Shown in pieces: positions 1 to 9,888 of a DNA stretch of 64,000 nucleotides. The stretch's first letter is position 1. Each line of letters begins with the position of its first letter. Origin of the DNA: Bdellovibrionales bacterium (GTDB taxonomy: Bacteria > Bdellovibrionota > Bdellovibrionia > Bdellovibrionales > JAGQZY01). The DNA lies in contig CAXRHT010000001.1 in the NCBI GenBank assembly GCA_964230645.1, positions 672,001 through 736,000 of the forward strand, read 5' to 3'. The notes beneath the pieces were generated by a model that worked only from the letters and a program-made list of their open reading frames with translations, had not been told where the DNA came from and did not search any database. The position numbers and the translations under genes were made by a program.

Positions 1-1537
1 TCTTCTTAGTGTGCATGGCAAACTCGAATAAGAGTAGTCCAGCTAAACCATCGGCAAGGGCAAAGGAAAGAGTTCGAGCCCCTTTTTGAAGAATGTCTTG
101 GTTCTGCCTATTTTTACTCAACCAAGCTTGAATTTCCCCAAAGAGTTTCTTAATTTTCCCAGCTTCTGGGCTCTCGTTAAGCGACCTCATTCTTTTTTCC
201 AGATAGGTAAAACAATCCTTAGCATTGTCGCCCTGAGACAAGGCTCTTAACGTATCAAGGCTCATGATATTCGTTGTGCCCTCCCAAATAGAGAAGACCT
301 GGGCGTCTCTTAAAAAACGAGGTATTTGAGTGTCTTCAATATACCCCGCTCCGCCAAAGCCCTCCACTAACTCACTGGTCGTATTCACCGATTTTTTGGC
401 CGTCCACAGCTTGGCGACAGGAGTATAGACTCTCAGAAAAGCCAATTCTTCCTGATCGGCCTCGCCCACCTCTGAGCGCCCTAAGGCCTTTCCAAGTTGT
501 GCGATGAAGTGAACGCAAGCTTTCGTATCCGCCTGAGCTTTCATAAGTGTTTGTTGGTGCAGAGGATGATCAATGAGCTTTTTACCAAAAGCCTCTCTCT
601 TTTGAGAATAGTCTAAGAGCAAAGAATGGAGTCTATAAATCGTTCCGGTCGCACACACCGAATTATAAAGTCTTGAAATATTCAAAACTGTAGCAATATT
701 TTTGACGCCGCTGCCAAGCTCTCCGATCAGTTCCCCCTCCACACCTTTCAGTTCTAATTCGGCGGTGGGCATGGCCTTTGTTCCCAATTTGTCTTTCAAC
801 CTTAAGACTTCAATGTTGTTAAGGTCTCCGTTCTCATCTCGAATTTTTACCATAAATAAACTCAGACGCTTTTTACCATCGACTTCAGTTTGCGCTAATG
901 TCATCGCTAATTGAGCCGTAATCGCTGAGGTGAACCACTTGGTTCCATACAAATAGTAGCGCCCGTCTTTTCGTTCGGCATAGGTTTCGGAGCGGGATAC
1001 ATCAGAGCCCCCTGCTTTTTCCGTCATCCACTGACCGGCTGTCCAAAACTCCTCAGGGTCCCGGTGAGTGAGATGTTTGAAAGCCGCTTTCCTTGAGTCT
1101 GTCATGTTGGTTTCTAGCACTCTCGCCGCTCCATCGGTCATCGCAAGAGGACAGCTATAAAATGCTGAAGAGGGGTGAAAGAGCATCAGTTTTAAAAACT
1201 GATGAAGACGAGAATCAGAACCGGACTCACGCTCATAGCCAATAGCCACAATCCCCTCGCGAGCAGCCACCTCATGCAATTGATCCCAGGCTGGATGCAT
1301 AACAATTTCATCCACTCTCTTGCCCCAGTGATCAAAAGCTTTATGAGTGGGTGGTTGCCCTTCGGCCTGCCACATCAATTCAAGAATCTCTCCCTTAGCG
1401 CGCTGGGAAAATTTTTTAAGATCTGTTTCAATTTTACCTGTGTGCTTCTTATCGCAATAAGCTTTTAGAACATCTGATAAATAAGTATTTTCCGAATAAA
1501 GATCTTTGTATTCGAAGTCCTCTTGTAGAAATTCCAA
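1..1537 (-). CDS. Acyl-CoA dehydrogenase family protein (AidB/ACAD11-like), 3' end beyond window
   Basis: Not in the ORF track. Manual translation gives WTAGQWMTEKAGGSDVS and YGTKWFTSA motifs. TTG start at 1537 after a GGAGG RBS. Confidence 0.85.
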   Translation of the reverse strand, partial: MEFLQEDFEYKDLYSENTYLSDVLKAYCDKKHTGKIETDLKKFSQRAKGEILELMWQAEGQPPTHKAFDHWGKRVDEIVMHPAWDQLHEVAAREGIVAIGYERESGSDSRLHQFLKLMLFHPSSAFYSCPLAMTDGAARVLETNMTDSRKAAFKHLTHRDPEEFWTAGQWMTEKAGGSDVSRSETYAERKDGRYYLYGTKWFTSAITAQLAMTLAQTEVDGKKRLSLFMVKIRDENGDLNNIEVLRLKDKLGTKAMPTAELELKGVEGELIGELGSGVKNIATVLNISRLYNSVCATGTIYRLHSLLLDYSQKREAFGKKLIDHPLHQQTLMKAQADTKACVHFIAQLGKALGRSEVGEADQEELAFLRVYTPVAKLWTAKKSVNTTSELVEGFGGAGYIEDTQIPRFLRDAQVFSIWEGTTNIMSLDTLRALSQGDNAKDCFTYLEKRMRSLNESPEAGKIKKLFGEIQAWLSKNRQNQDILQKGARTLSFALADGLAGLLLFEFAMHTKK

Positions 1538-1916
1538 AACACGCCTCCACCTATCTTCTCATTTTGAGTCATCAGATTCCCTCAGCAGAGCCAAAAAGTC
1601 CAGGAATTTAGTCTCTTTGGTTTTTGGCCGATAAGGCTCATGTATGGGAAGTCAGAAACTCAAAGAAATAAAATTTTCGGTGGAACGCAAAGCCAAAAAC
1701 ACCCGCCGTGTGGATGTGTACTTATTCGTCCTGGCCGGCAGCTTTATACTGACTTTTCTCCTTTCCCAAATTCTATTGGGCGTCTATTACATCTAATTTT
1801 CTTTAAATTTAAGCCTCTTTCAAATGACCATTTTCATGAATCTAATGTGTAAATAAGTAAACTTTAAAATACTAATTCTCTGCTTTAGAATCCCCCACAC
1901 AACAAGGGAGAAATCT

Positions 1917-2444
1917 ATGATGAGACCAAATTCAAAAGCGCCAGAGCTTAAGATTAAAACAACGGAATCGGATCAATGGAATTTAGCCGATCAATCGCCA
2001 GAAAAGTACACCATGGTGGTTTTTTACAGAGGGCTTCATTGCCCAGTTTGCAAGAGCTACTTACAGTCTCTAAACCAAAATTTCGAAAAATTTAAAGATC
2101 AGGGTGTCACCTCAATGATCGCCATCAGTGGAGACACAGAGGAAAAGGCACGTGAAGCTAAAAAAGGCTGGGAACTCACTAACCTAGAAATTGGCTTTGA
2201 GCAAACGACCGATCAAATGAAGGACTGGGGTCTTTTTATTTCCTCAGGAATCAAAGAAAGTGAACCGAAGTATTTTGGCGAGCCGGGACTTTTCCTGATC
2301 AACAGTAAAAATGAACTCTTTTATTGTGCAACCAACAGTATGCCCTTTGGTCGCCCACAATTTGACGATATGTTAAGTGCGTTGAAATTTATCAATAAAG
2401 AAAACTATCCTAGTCGCGGACAAGTTTCTTACGATGATGTCTAA
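1917..2444 (+). CDS. Peroxiredoxin-like AhpC/TSA family protein
   Basis: VVFYRGLHCPVC motif, EPGLFLI and MPFGRP; AAGGGAG RBS. Confidence 0.85.
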   Translation: MMRPNSKAPELKIKTTESDQWNLADQSPEKYTMVVFYRGLHCPVCKSYLQSLNQNFEKFKDQGVTSMIAISGDTEEKAREAKKGWELTNLEIGFEQTTDQMKDWGLFISSGIKESEPKYFGEPGLFLINSKNELFYCATNSMPFGRPQFDDMLSALKFINKENYPSRGQVSYDDV

Positions 2445-2450
2445 AAGCAA

Positions 2451-2476
2451 TAAAGGGAGCTTAAAAGCTCCCTTTA
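2451..2476. terminator. Probable bidirectional intrinsic terminator
   Basis: TAAAGGGAGCT-taaa-AGCTCCCTTTA hairpin between convergent genes. Confidence 0.7.
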
Positions 2477-2683
2477 GTTTCCTTTACTAACAACCCGGAC
2501 CTCTGTGGCCACGGGCCCCTTCTTACCTTCTTTTATCACAAATTCAACTTCATCGCCTGGTTCTACTGGCTCTGAGAGTTGACTGACATGAACAAAGACA
2601 TCATCACCATTTAGAATTTCTATGAAACCAAACCCCTTGTCCTCTCGAAACCACTTCACCTTGCCTTTTTGAACTCCACTCAT
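2474..2683 (-). CDS. Cold-shock domain protein
   Basis: GKVKWF, KGFGFI (RNP1) and DVFVHVS (RNP2). ATG at 2683 overlaps the upstream stop (ATGA). Confidence 0.93.
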   Translation of the reverse strand: MSGVQKGKVKWFREDKGFGFIEILNGDDVFVHVSQLSEPVEPGDEVEFVIKEGKKGPVATEVRVVSKGN

Positions 2684-5085
2684 AAAACTTCCCAAGTTTC
2701 CTTAGTCGGCGGAGTTCCTTCCAGATACACATTGACGTTTTCAGCAAGCCAAGAGGAAGCATTGGCGTCTTTATTATAAAGAAGGTTGTAAAGCGTATAG
2801 TAGCGAGTCACTTTTTTCACATATTTCCGAGTTTCACTGAAGGGAATATGCTCGATAAACTCGTCCATATCAAGTCTTCCAAATTGATAAAGCCATTTAT
2901 GCACTCTATGGGGACCGCCATTGTAAGCGGCGGCGGCCAAAGGAATTTTTCCTTTAAACTTTTTCAAGTTCCTTTGCAAATAGCGCGCTCCAATCTCTAC
3001 ACTTACCGGAGGCTCAAAAAGATCGGGTCCCTCTATTTTTTTTCCGATCATAGCAGCCACTTTTCTTCCTGTATGAGTCATGACCTGCATAAGGCCTCGA
3101 GCACCAACAGGAGACATGGCGTCGGGCCTAAAATTAGTTTCCGCCTTCATGATGCTCCAAATGAATTCAGCAGGAACATTGTATTTTCTCGCGTTGGCTA
3201 AAACTTCACTTTCAAAAGCTCTTGGGTAAACGTACTGCCAAAGAGCCGCTCCAATATGAAGACCCAGATGAGTCCGGTCGCCTGCAAAGTGACGGGTGCC
3301 AATGTAGGCGGAGCGATGATAGATATCATTTCTGAAATATTCAAACATTAGGGTTTTCAAATAATCTTCGTTACGTGTTCTTCCCTCAATACTGTAGAGC
3401 TCCCACTTGGCAAGCTCCTTCATTCCCATAAGTGCTAAGTCTTTGGCTCGCGCAATGTGACGACGGAACTCCGGCTCGCTCACGGTGGCGTATATTTCTG
3501 TGGGTTTACCAAGGTTCACGTACTCTCTCATATAGGGAAGTTTTTCCCATTCCGCGTGAAAAACATCATTGGTCTTTTCCACTGTTGAAACTTCGGCTTG
3601 CTCGAGATGGCCCGGTGAGACCTGACCATCGGTAAAATGAGGAAGCCAGTTTTCGTGAAGGGTGATGGCATCATTATGTTGAACACTCGCAAGGGCTCTT
3701 GAGCCGATCATACCTTTGAGTCTTTGAACAGAAGCAATGGAATAATAATCAATGTACTCGTCTTGAGAGAGTTCTAAAAAGATATCTTTAGCAGCTTCTC
3801 TATTGCCAAGTCTCTTGAGGCTCATTGCCATCCAGTATTTAATTTTTTCTTTTGAAACTGAACGGTGAAGCTTACGACGTCTATTTTTTAGAGCCCACTT
3901 CCATTTGTCGTAGGCCTTTTGATAATGCCCTTTTAAATAATAAACCCATGGAATATACCAGTTAGACTGTTTTCCATAATAGGTAAAAGAATACTTTTTT
4001 GCTAAAATTTCAAACTGTCTTAGAGCACTGTCGTAATCCTGATTTTGATAACTTAAGAACCCAGCTCTAAAAAGATAGCTTCTACCTTTATGCCCTGGGA
4101 ATGTTTCGCTGGCTTTTAGAAAAATTCCGGCGGCCGTCTGATACTCTCCAGCTCTCGCTGCAGCCTTTCCAAAAAGGCTAATGTAGTCATCGTCTTTTAG
4201 CTTCTTATGATCTTTATAATAAACCTTGAGGCGATCGAATGCTTCTTGAACCATCCCTTCGTTCACTAAATACTCAGCCATGGTCATATCTTTTGTGAAC
4301 TGATCCTCTTTAGACTTTTGAAACTCCTGCAACTCAGTGTAGGCTTTTTCGCTGGCACCCATCCACTGTAAGCGCTTAATTCGGTCTTGTTGGTCATCAA
4401 GAGTGTCTTTGCAAGCTAGAGCCTTACCATCCACCAGATTTCCCTGCCAGCGCAGTCCCCAGTGAGAGATTGGTTCATAGATTGGATATTTTTTATAAAG
4501 CTTTCTTGCCCAGTAGCAAGCATCCAACCTTCTTTTCTTGATATGATTGATTTTTAGAAGAGACCAAAGAATATCGGGATAAACTTCCGTATTGCGCATT
4601 TTGCGCTCAAGTTTTTTGTAGAGATCCTTTGCTTCATTATACTTTTGAGTCTCAAACAAGATTTCGGCAATTTTAAAATCTGTTTTTTCCTCGAGAATCT
4701 GTGAGGGATCTTTCTTATGCACTTTTTTGAAGGCACTTAAGGCTTCCTCAGAATTGTTCAATTCTAAATAGGAAAGGCCGCGATAATACTGGGCCACGTC
4801 TTCAAGCCTGGTTCCAATTTTGAGGGACTTATCCAGGTGACGAATGGCAAAATTAAAGTTTTTTTGTTCAAAGAAAATAATCCCTCGAAAAAATTCAATC
4901 AAAGACAGACGATTGGGGTCAAGCTGGTCCAGAGGGATATTATTAAGCTGGGCGTGAGCCTCTTTGTACTTTTGCTGATTAAAGAACTTTTTTGCCTCAT
5001 CCAGATTGGAGGTATTTGCCACCGCTCCTTGAGTAAAAATTAATAGGAATGAAAAAAGCGCTGAGCATATCAGCGCTTTTTTCAT
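2680..5085 (-). CDS. slt: Soluble lytic murein transglycosylase (TPR-like repeats plus C-terminal SLT domain)
   Basis: Signal peptide MKKALICS (start chosen at 5085; ORF open to 5133); motifs AETNF, GARGLMQ, AAAAYNGG, ETRKYV. Confidence 0.88.
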   Translation of the reverse strand: MKKALICSALFSFLLIFTQGAVANTSNLDEAKKFFNQQKYKEAHAQLNNIPLDQLDPNRLSLIEFFRGIIFFEQKNFNFAIRHLDKSLKIGTRLEDVAQYYRGLSYLELNNSEEALSAFKKVHKKDPSQILEEKTDFKIAEILFETQKYNEAKDLYKKLERKMRNTEVYPDILWSLLKINHIKKRRLDACYWARKLYKKYPIYEPISHWGLRWQGNLVDGKALACKDTLDDQQDRIKRLQWMGASEKAYTELQEFQKSKEDQFTKDMTMAEYLVNEGMVQEAFDRLKVYYKDHKKLKDDDYISLFGKAAARAGEYQTAAGIFLKASETFPGHKGRSYLFRAGFLSYQNQDYDSALRQFEILAKKYSFTYYGKQSNWYIPWVYYLKGHYQKAYDKWKWALKNRRRKLHRSVSKEKIKYWMAMSLKRLGNREAAKDIFLELSQDEYIDYYSIASVQRLKGMIGSRALASVQHNDAITLHENWLPHFTDGQVSPGHLEQAEVSTVEKTNDVFHAEWEKLPYMREYVNLGKPTEIYATVSEPEFRRHIARAKDLALMGMKELAKWELYSIEGRTRNEDYLKTLMFEYFRNDIYHRSAYIGTRHFAGDRTHLGLHIGAALWQYVYPRAFESEVLANARKYNVPAEFIWSIMKAETNFRPDAMSPVGARGLMQVMTHTGRKVAAMIGKKIEGPDLFEPPVSVEIGARYLQRNLKKFKGKIPLAAAAYNGGPHRVHKWLYQFGRLDMDEFIEHIPFSETRKYVKKVTRYYTLYNLLYNKDANASSWLAENVNVYLEGTPPTKETWEVL

Positions 5086-5232
5086 CAGTCTTTCATCGGA
5101 ATTTTTCAGGTAAAGTCTCATCCTTTCAATCATAACGATTCTCAGGGCAAACGCTAAGGCCAGATCGCAATTGCTCTCTTAAAGTTGTGCTTGCTGCTTA
5201 AAAGCCTTGCTGGCACTAGACTTTAGTCTACA

Positions 5233-6744
5233 TTACCTTACAGACTGATAGTAAGCCTGCATGCTGTCTACCGCTTTGTGCCAGCGTTTAAGCCTTTTCG
5301 CTCTTTCAGTGGCCGATGAGCGGTGCTTAAAAGGTTTATCCACCTGGTCCATTTTTTTAAGATCTTTTTTGTCGGACCAAACACCTTCGGCGAGTCCTGC
5401 CATGAGGGCCGCTCCAAGAGAGGTGGTTTCTACATTTTTAGGGCGCACGACCCCCACCCCGAGGTAATCGGCCTGCAGCTGCATAAGAAGATTATTAGCG
5501 GCCGCTCCCCCGTCGACACGAACTGTTTTTAATTTTACTTTCGATTCACCCACCATTGTGTTCATTATGTCCACATTCTGTAGCGCCATGGCCTCGAGTG
5601 TGGCTCTGGCAATGTGCTCGTTGGTCGTTCCACGTGTTAAACCGAACATGGTTCCTCTCACCAAAGGATCCCAGTGAGGGGCTCCAAGCCCTGAAAAGGC
5701 TGGGACAAATTCCACGCCGCCTGAGTCCTCGACTTTTTTGGCGAGCTTTTCAATATCGGGACTGTTATGAATGAGATGCATATTGTCTCTGAGCCACTGC
5801 ACGGCGGCTCCACAAATAAATGCTCCCCCCTCAAGGGCGTAGCTAGCTTCTTTAGCTCCCGGCCACTGCCAACCCACAGTGGTGAGAAGTCCTTTTTGAC
5901 TCATCACTTTTTTGCTGCCGGTATTCATCAACAAAAAACTACCCGTTCCGAAGGTAATCTTAGCCTCACCTTTTTCAAAGCAGTACTGACCAAATAAGGC
6001 ACTCTGCTGATCTCCTAGAACACCTGTTATGGGAATGCCACTGGGAAGACCGGCCACACGGACGGTTTTTCCAAAGTGACCACCAGAGGCCTTGATCTGA
6101 GGGAGCATGTTTTCTTTTAGAGAGAAAAGTTTTAACAGGCCCGGATCGTAAGAAAGAGTGTCTAAAGACATGAGCTGTGTTCTGGAAGCGTTGGTGACGT
6201 CAGTCATAAAACTTTTCCCGCCAGTGAGCTTCCAAATCAAATAGGCGTCTATGGTTCCAAGGGCGAGCTGATTTTTCTTAGCCAAAGCTTTGGCCTCCGG
6301 ATTGTTTTTTAAAATCCAGTGCATTTTTGTCCCCGAAAAGTAAGGATCAAGAACAAGCCCTGTGGTTTTTTGTAAGCTTTTTTCCACACCTTTCTTTTTT
6401 AGCTTTTCACAAAACTCAGTGGTTCTACGACACTGCCAAACAATGGCGTTTCCAACGGTCTCCCCTGTTTTTTTATCCCAGGCGACTACGGTTTCTCTTT
6501 GATTGGTGATTCCTATTGCAATCACACTCTTAGGATCTACTTTAGATTTTTCAAAGACCTCTTTGATGGAAAGACGCAGAGATTTCCAGATATCTTTAGG
6601 ATCATGCTCCACCCAACCCGGTTTTGGAAAAATTTGCCGAAACTCCCGGTTTCCCTTTACTTTTAACTGCCCCTTCGTGTTGATTAGAGAGACTGTGGTT
6701 CCCGTGGTACCCTGGTCGATGGATAATAAGTATTGTTGCTTCAT
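5233..6744 (-). CDS. glpK: Glycerol kinase
   Basis: IDQGTTG, GITNQRETVVAW, DPYFSGTK, GDQQSALFG and RVDGGA motifs. Confidence 0.97.
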   Translation of the reverse strand: MKQQYLLSIDQGTTGTTVSLINTKGQLKVKGNREFRQIFPKPGWVEHDPKDIWKSLRLSIKEVFEKSKVDPKSVIAIGITNQRETVVAWDKKTGETVGNAIVWQCRRTTEFCEKLKKKGVEKSLQKTTGLVLDPYFSGTKMHWILKNNPEAKALAKKNQLALGTIDAYLIWKLTGGKSFMTDVTNASRTQLMSLDTLSYDPGLLKLFSLKENMLPQIKASGGHFGKTVRVAGLPSGIPITGVLGDQQSALFGQYCFEKGEAKITFGTGSFLLMNTGSKKVMSQKGLLTTVGWQWPGAKEASYALEGGAFICGAAVQWLRDNMHLIHNSPDIEKLAKKVEDSGGVEFVPAFSGLGAPHWDPLVRGTMFGLTRGTTNEHIARATLEAMALQNVDIMNTMVGESKVKLKTVRVDGGAAANNLLMQLQADYLGVGVVRPKNVETTSLGAALMAGLAEGVWSDKKDLKKMDQVDKPFKHRSSATERAKRLKRWHKAVDSMQAYYQSVR

Positions 6745-6767
6745 GTTTTTTCCTCAAAGGATGATCT

Positions 6768-7535
6768 ATGGGTTGGTTTTTCAAAGATAACCAAAAAACA
6801 TTCAACCTTAAAGAACTTGACCCACAAAGGTTAATGTATCGAGTCATGCCTCATTGGCTCGGTGAGATCATGACCAAGTATTTTCGTATCACTATCGAGG
6901 GAGAAGAGAATATCCCACGAAAAGGCCCAGCCCTCATCACGCCCAATCATTCTGGCTATATGGGTTTTGATGCTTTTTTATTGGGGCACCATATTCATCA
7001 GGCCACCCAAAGAAAAGCCCGCATTCTCACCCATAAGCTCTGGTTTATTAACCCCACAACGGCGATACCTATGAAGCGCCTAGGCTTTATTGAAGCTACC
7101 AAAACCAATGGCACGAAAGCTCTCGGTAAAAATAAACTTGTGGTTTTGTTTCCTGAAGGAGAGTACGGCAATTTTAAGCCATCTAGTAAAGCCTATCATT
7201 TGCAAGAGTTTCGTCGTGGATTTATTCGAATGGCCATCACTCAACAGGCCCCTATTGTTCCTACACTTATATTAGGAGCAGAAGAGACTCATATAAATCT
7301 CGCTCGCCTCAAATTTAGTAAATATCTTCGGGGGACCGTTTTGCCCCTACCACTCAATATTCTTCCACTGCCTGCTAAGTGGCATATTATTTTTATGGAA
7401 CCCATCCATCTGCCCTACACACCGTCGCAAGTGAGCGACCGGGAGCTAATAAAAGATTTGGCTCAAGACATTAGAGAGCGAATGCAAAAGCGCCTGAGTC
7501 ATGAAGTGAATAAAAGAAAGAATTTATACTTTTAA
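6768..7535 (+). CDS. Lysophospholipid/PlsC-type acyltransferase
   Basis: NHSGYMGFD (HxxxxD-like) and LFPEG motifs; start uncertain. Confidence 0.85.
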   Translation: MGWFFKDNQKTFNLKELDPQRLMYRVMPHWLGEIMTKYFRITIEGEENIPRKGPALITPNHSGYMGFDAFLLGHHIHQATQRKARILTHKLWFINPTTAIPMKRLGFIEATKTNGTKALGKNKLVVLFPEGEYGNFKPSSKAYHLQEFRRGFIRMAITQQAPIVPTLILGAEETHINLARLKFSKYLRGTVLPLPLNILPLPAKWHIIFMEPIHLPYTPSQVSDRELIKDLAQDIRERMQKRLSHEVNKRKNLYF

Positions 7536-7536
7536 A

Positions 7537-7776
7537 TTAGTCGCCAAGGTCGTTACCGACCAGCTGTAAAAGCTGAGACCATTTGGTGATAACAACACCA
7601 TTGTTCCCTTCACCCCGACCTACCAAACCTTTGGTAAGGAGCGCACAGGCCGATACAGCCACAAACATTAAGAGGATATACTCCACCACAAGCTGGCCTT
7701 TATTTTGACGCAAACTCGACTTTACTGTAGGCTTTTCTTGTGTCTCAAAATGATACTGATCCCGGTGATCTTTCAT
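7537..7776 (-). CDS. Small Flp/TadE-like pilin with class III signal peptide
   Basis: KG/QLVVEYILL prepilin-like cleavage motif followed by a hydrophobic helix; start uncertain. Confidence 0.6.
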   Translation of the reverse strand: MKDHRDQYHFETQEKPTVKSSLRQNKGQLVVEYILLMFVAVSACALLTKGLVGRGEGNNGVVITKWSQLLQLVGNDLGD

Positions 7777-8291
7777 CTCAACGCCTTCCTTTATGGGCCC
7801 AACTGAGCCTTGGTCTTGCTTTCCTCGTTCTCGTTTATATTACAGCTGTGACCTCTACCACCTATATATCGGCATGGGACAGAGAGGACTCAAATTATTA
7901 TACCAATGCTTTAGAGGGACTGAAAGTAAAAGGAATCAACCCCTCAGCTCCTACCCTCATTGCGTTTTGGGAACAGGGCTGTGAGGACTGCCGTAAAAAC
8001 ATCCGTTTCTTCTCAAAACTGCCTAGCTCCATTCGGCCTTACGCCATCCACCTTTATGATAAGAATCTCAAAGAGAGTGACCTTCGACAGCAGTGGGTTA
8101 GCTTAAACCCAGGTGTTGCTCAGCTTGTTTATGATGAAACAGAACTTCTTCAGACAAGTTTTAGAGTAAGGGGTGGTGCTATGGTGTTTTTGATCTTACC
8201 AAAAGATAAAGCGCTTTATAGCTATTGGGGAGAAATTGAAGACAATTACGAAAGACTCTCTGAAATCATCAAAGAGTCTTATCACAGATAA
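7740..8291 (+). CDS. Membrane-anchored thioredoxin-fold (TlpA-like) protein
   Basis: N-terminal TM helix and LIAFWEQGCEDC (CxxC); GTG start uncertain. Confidence 0.65.
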   Translation: MSQNDTDPGDLSSQRLPLWAQLSLGLAFLVLVYITAVTSTTYISAWDREDSNYYTNALEGLKVKGINPSAPTLIAFWEQGCEDCRKNIRFFSKLPSSIRPYAIHLYDKNLKESDLRQQWVSLNPGVAQLVYDETELLQTSFRVRGGAMVFLILPKDKALYSYWGEIEDNYERLSEIIKESYHR

Positions 8292-8297
8292 AAAATT

Positions 8298-8684
8298 TTA
8301 GGCTTGAGCGATCGGCTCTTCATCAAAACCGATTTGCTTATCGATATCAGCAAAAAAGTGATCGACGGTTTCTGGAGTCATAGGCCCCTGGATTCCAAAG
8401 ATTAAATCCTCACCCATTTCACCTGGAGCAAAAGTGTTGGCCTCACTTGCGAAGCGTGACTGGAACTCATCTGAGTTATTGTAGAGCATTATATAGCAGT
8501 AATTATCCGTGCCCTTTTTTCTCAAAAACTGCTCCCACTGATTTTTGCGGCTTTGAATTTTAAAATAAATCTCAAGAGCTTGTGATTCCTGTTCGTTTGA
8601 AAAGTAAATACGAATTGGGTCAGAAAAAATAGCTGTGTTAAAATCAGAAGAGAAGTATTTAGTTTTGGTTATGTAACGATCCAT
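8298..8684 (-). CDS. Hypothetical protein
   Basis: ATG at 8684 with a GGGGG RBS-like run; ORF open to 8762. Confidence 0.6.
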   Translation of the reverse strand: MDRYITKTKYFSSDFNTAIFSDPIRIYFSNEQESQALEIYFKIQSRKNQWEQFLRKKGTDNYCYIMLYNNSDEFQSRFASEANTFAPGEMGEDLIFGIQGPMTPETVDHFFADIDKQIGFDEEPIAQA

Positions 8685-9042
8685 GTTTATAACCCCCGTT
8701 TGTGAGTTCAAGGCTAGAACTGTTAAAAACACTAAGTCTATTATTTTTTGCCTTTTAAACAAGGCGTTAACAAAAAGCCAGACCTTTCAGTAAACAATCG
8801 AAAATATTGCTATTTTCCTTTGCGCGTTCGGATTTTTTTGTGGTTAAATCTTGGGTCTTTTCATACCCACGACAGGCTTGGTTTTTTTCTTCATTCCACC
8901 TCTTTTATAAATTTATACTACAAAAAAGTAGGTCTTGAATTGACCCCAAAAAGAATGTGCAATTGTAGACAAGAAATCTTCTCGATTGCTCCATGCTCAA
9001 AATTAAAGTGCGATGTAGAGTGAAGACTTTATGAGGGGCAAA

Positions 9043-9681
9043 ATGAAATTTACGACCGTGGTTTTAATCATGAGTTTATCCATTATTTTTTTAGGCTGCT
9101 CGGTCTTTGGTGTTCGCTCAGCCCCCACACCTGATTACCAAGTACTCGTTGAAGATAAAGATAAGCAAATCAGAGAATACGACGAATATATTGTAGCCAA
9201 AACAACCGTCTCAGAATCTAATTACGATGATGCCCAGAACAAAGCCTTTAGACGTCTGGCGGATTATATTTTTGGAAAAAATAAAACGAATACCGAAATG
9301 AAAATGACAACTCCTGTGACACAAAAAAATAATTCCAGTGAAACATTAGAAATGACAGCTCCCGTTTTGCAGTCTGAGGGTGAAAACTCTCGGACCATGA
9401 GCTTCATTATGCCAAAAGAATATACGATGGAGTCTTTACCTGCACCCAAAGACTCTCGAATCGAATTTGAAAAGGTCCCAAAAAGAACCATGGCCGCTAT
9501 CCGCTACACTTGGTCAGAAAATAAAGAGCGCAATCAAAAAAAAGCTCAAGAACTTTTAGATTGGCTTAAAAAGCAACCTAAATACAAACAAGTCGCGTCC
9601 CCAGTGTATGCCGGCTACGATCCCCCTTGGACTCTCCCCTTTTTACGTAGAAATGAAATGCTTATTGAAGTTAAAAAGTAA
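9043..9681 (+). CDS. SOUL family heme-binding lipoprotein
   Basis: Lipobox IFLGC; AFRRLADYIFG, MTAPV and YDPPWTLPFLRRNE motifs. Confidence 0.9.
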   Translation: MKFTTVVLIMSLSIIFLGCSVFGVRSAPTPDYQVLVEDKDKQIREYDEYIVAKTTVSESNYDDAQNKAFRRLADYIFGKNKTNTEMKMTTPVTQKNNSSETLEMTAPVLQSEGENSRTMSFIMPKEYTMESLPAPKDSRIEFEKVPKRTMAAIRYTWSENKERNQKKAQELLDWLKKQPKYKQVASPVYAGYDPPWTLPFLRRNEMLIEVKK

Positions 9682-9699
9682 ATTGAAAGTACCTTGAAA

Positions 9700-9885
9700 G
9701 TACCTGGTTCTTTTTTCGTATGCGTGGTGTTAATGCCGACGAGTCCTCACTGAAAATTCAAGTCTGGTGTTGGTTCTCCCTAATAGCCAGGCTTCGGAAA
9801 CAGAAATGGCAATCCAAATTCACTACCGGGACAATGATGTTAAAAGCAATCTTGACGTTGTGCTTCCGAAAAAAGAACCTGGTAC
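9700..9885. repeat. Fold-back element with 19-bp terminal inverted repeats (REP/REPIN- or MITE-like)
   Basis: GTACCTGGTTCTTTTTTCG (9700-9718) and CGAAAAAAGAACCTGGTAC (9867-9885), 18/19 match; internal G-U-rich stems. Confidence 0.65.
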
Positions 9886-9888
9886 CCT

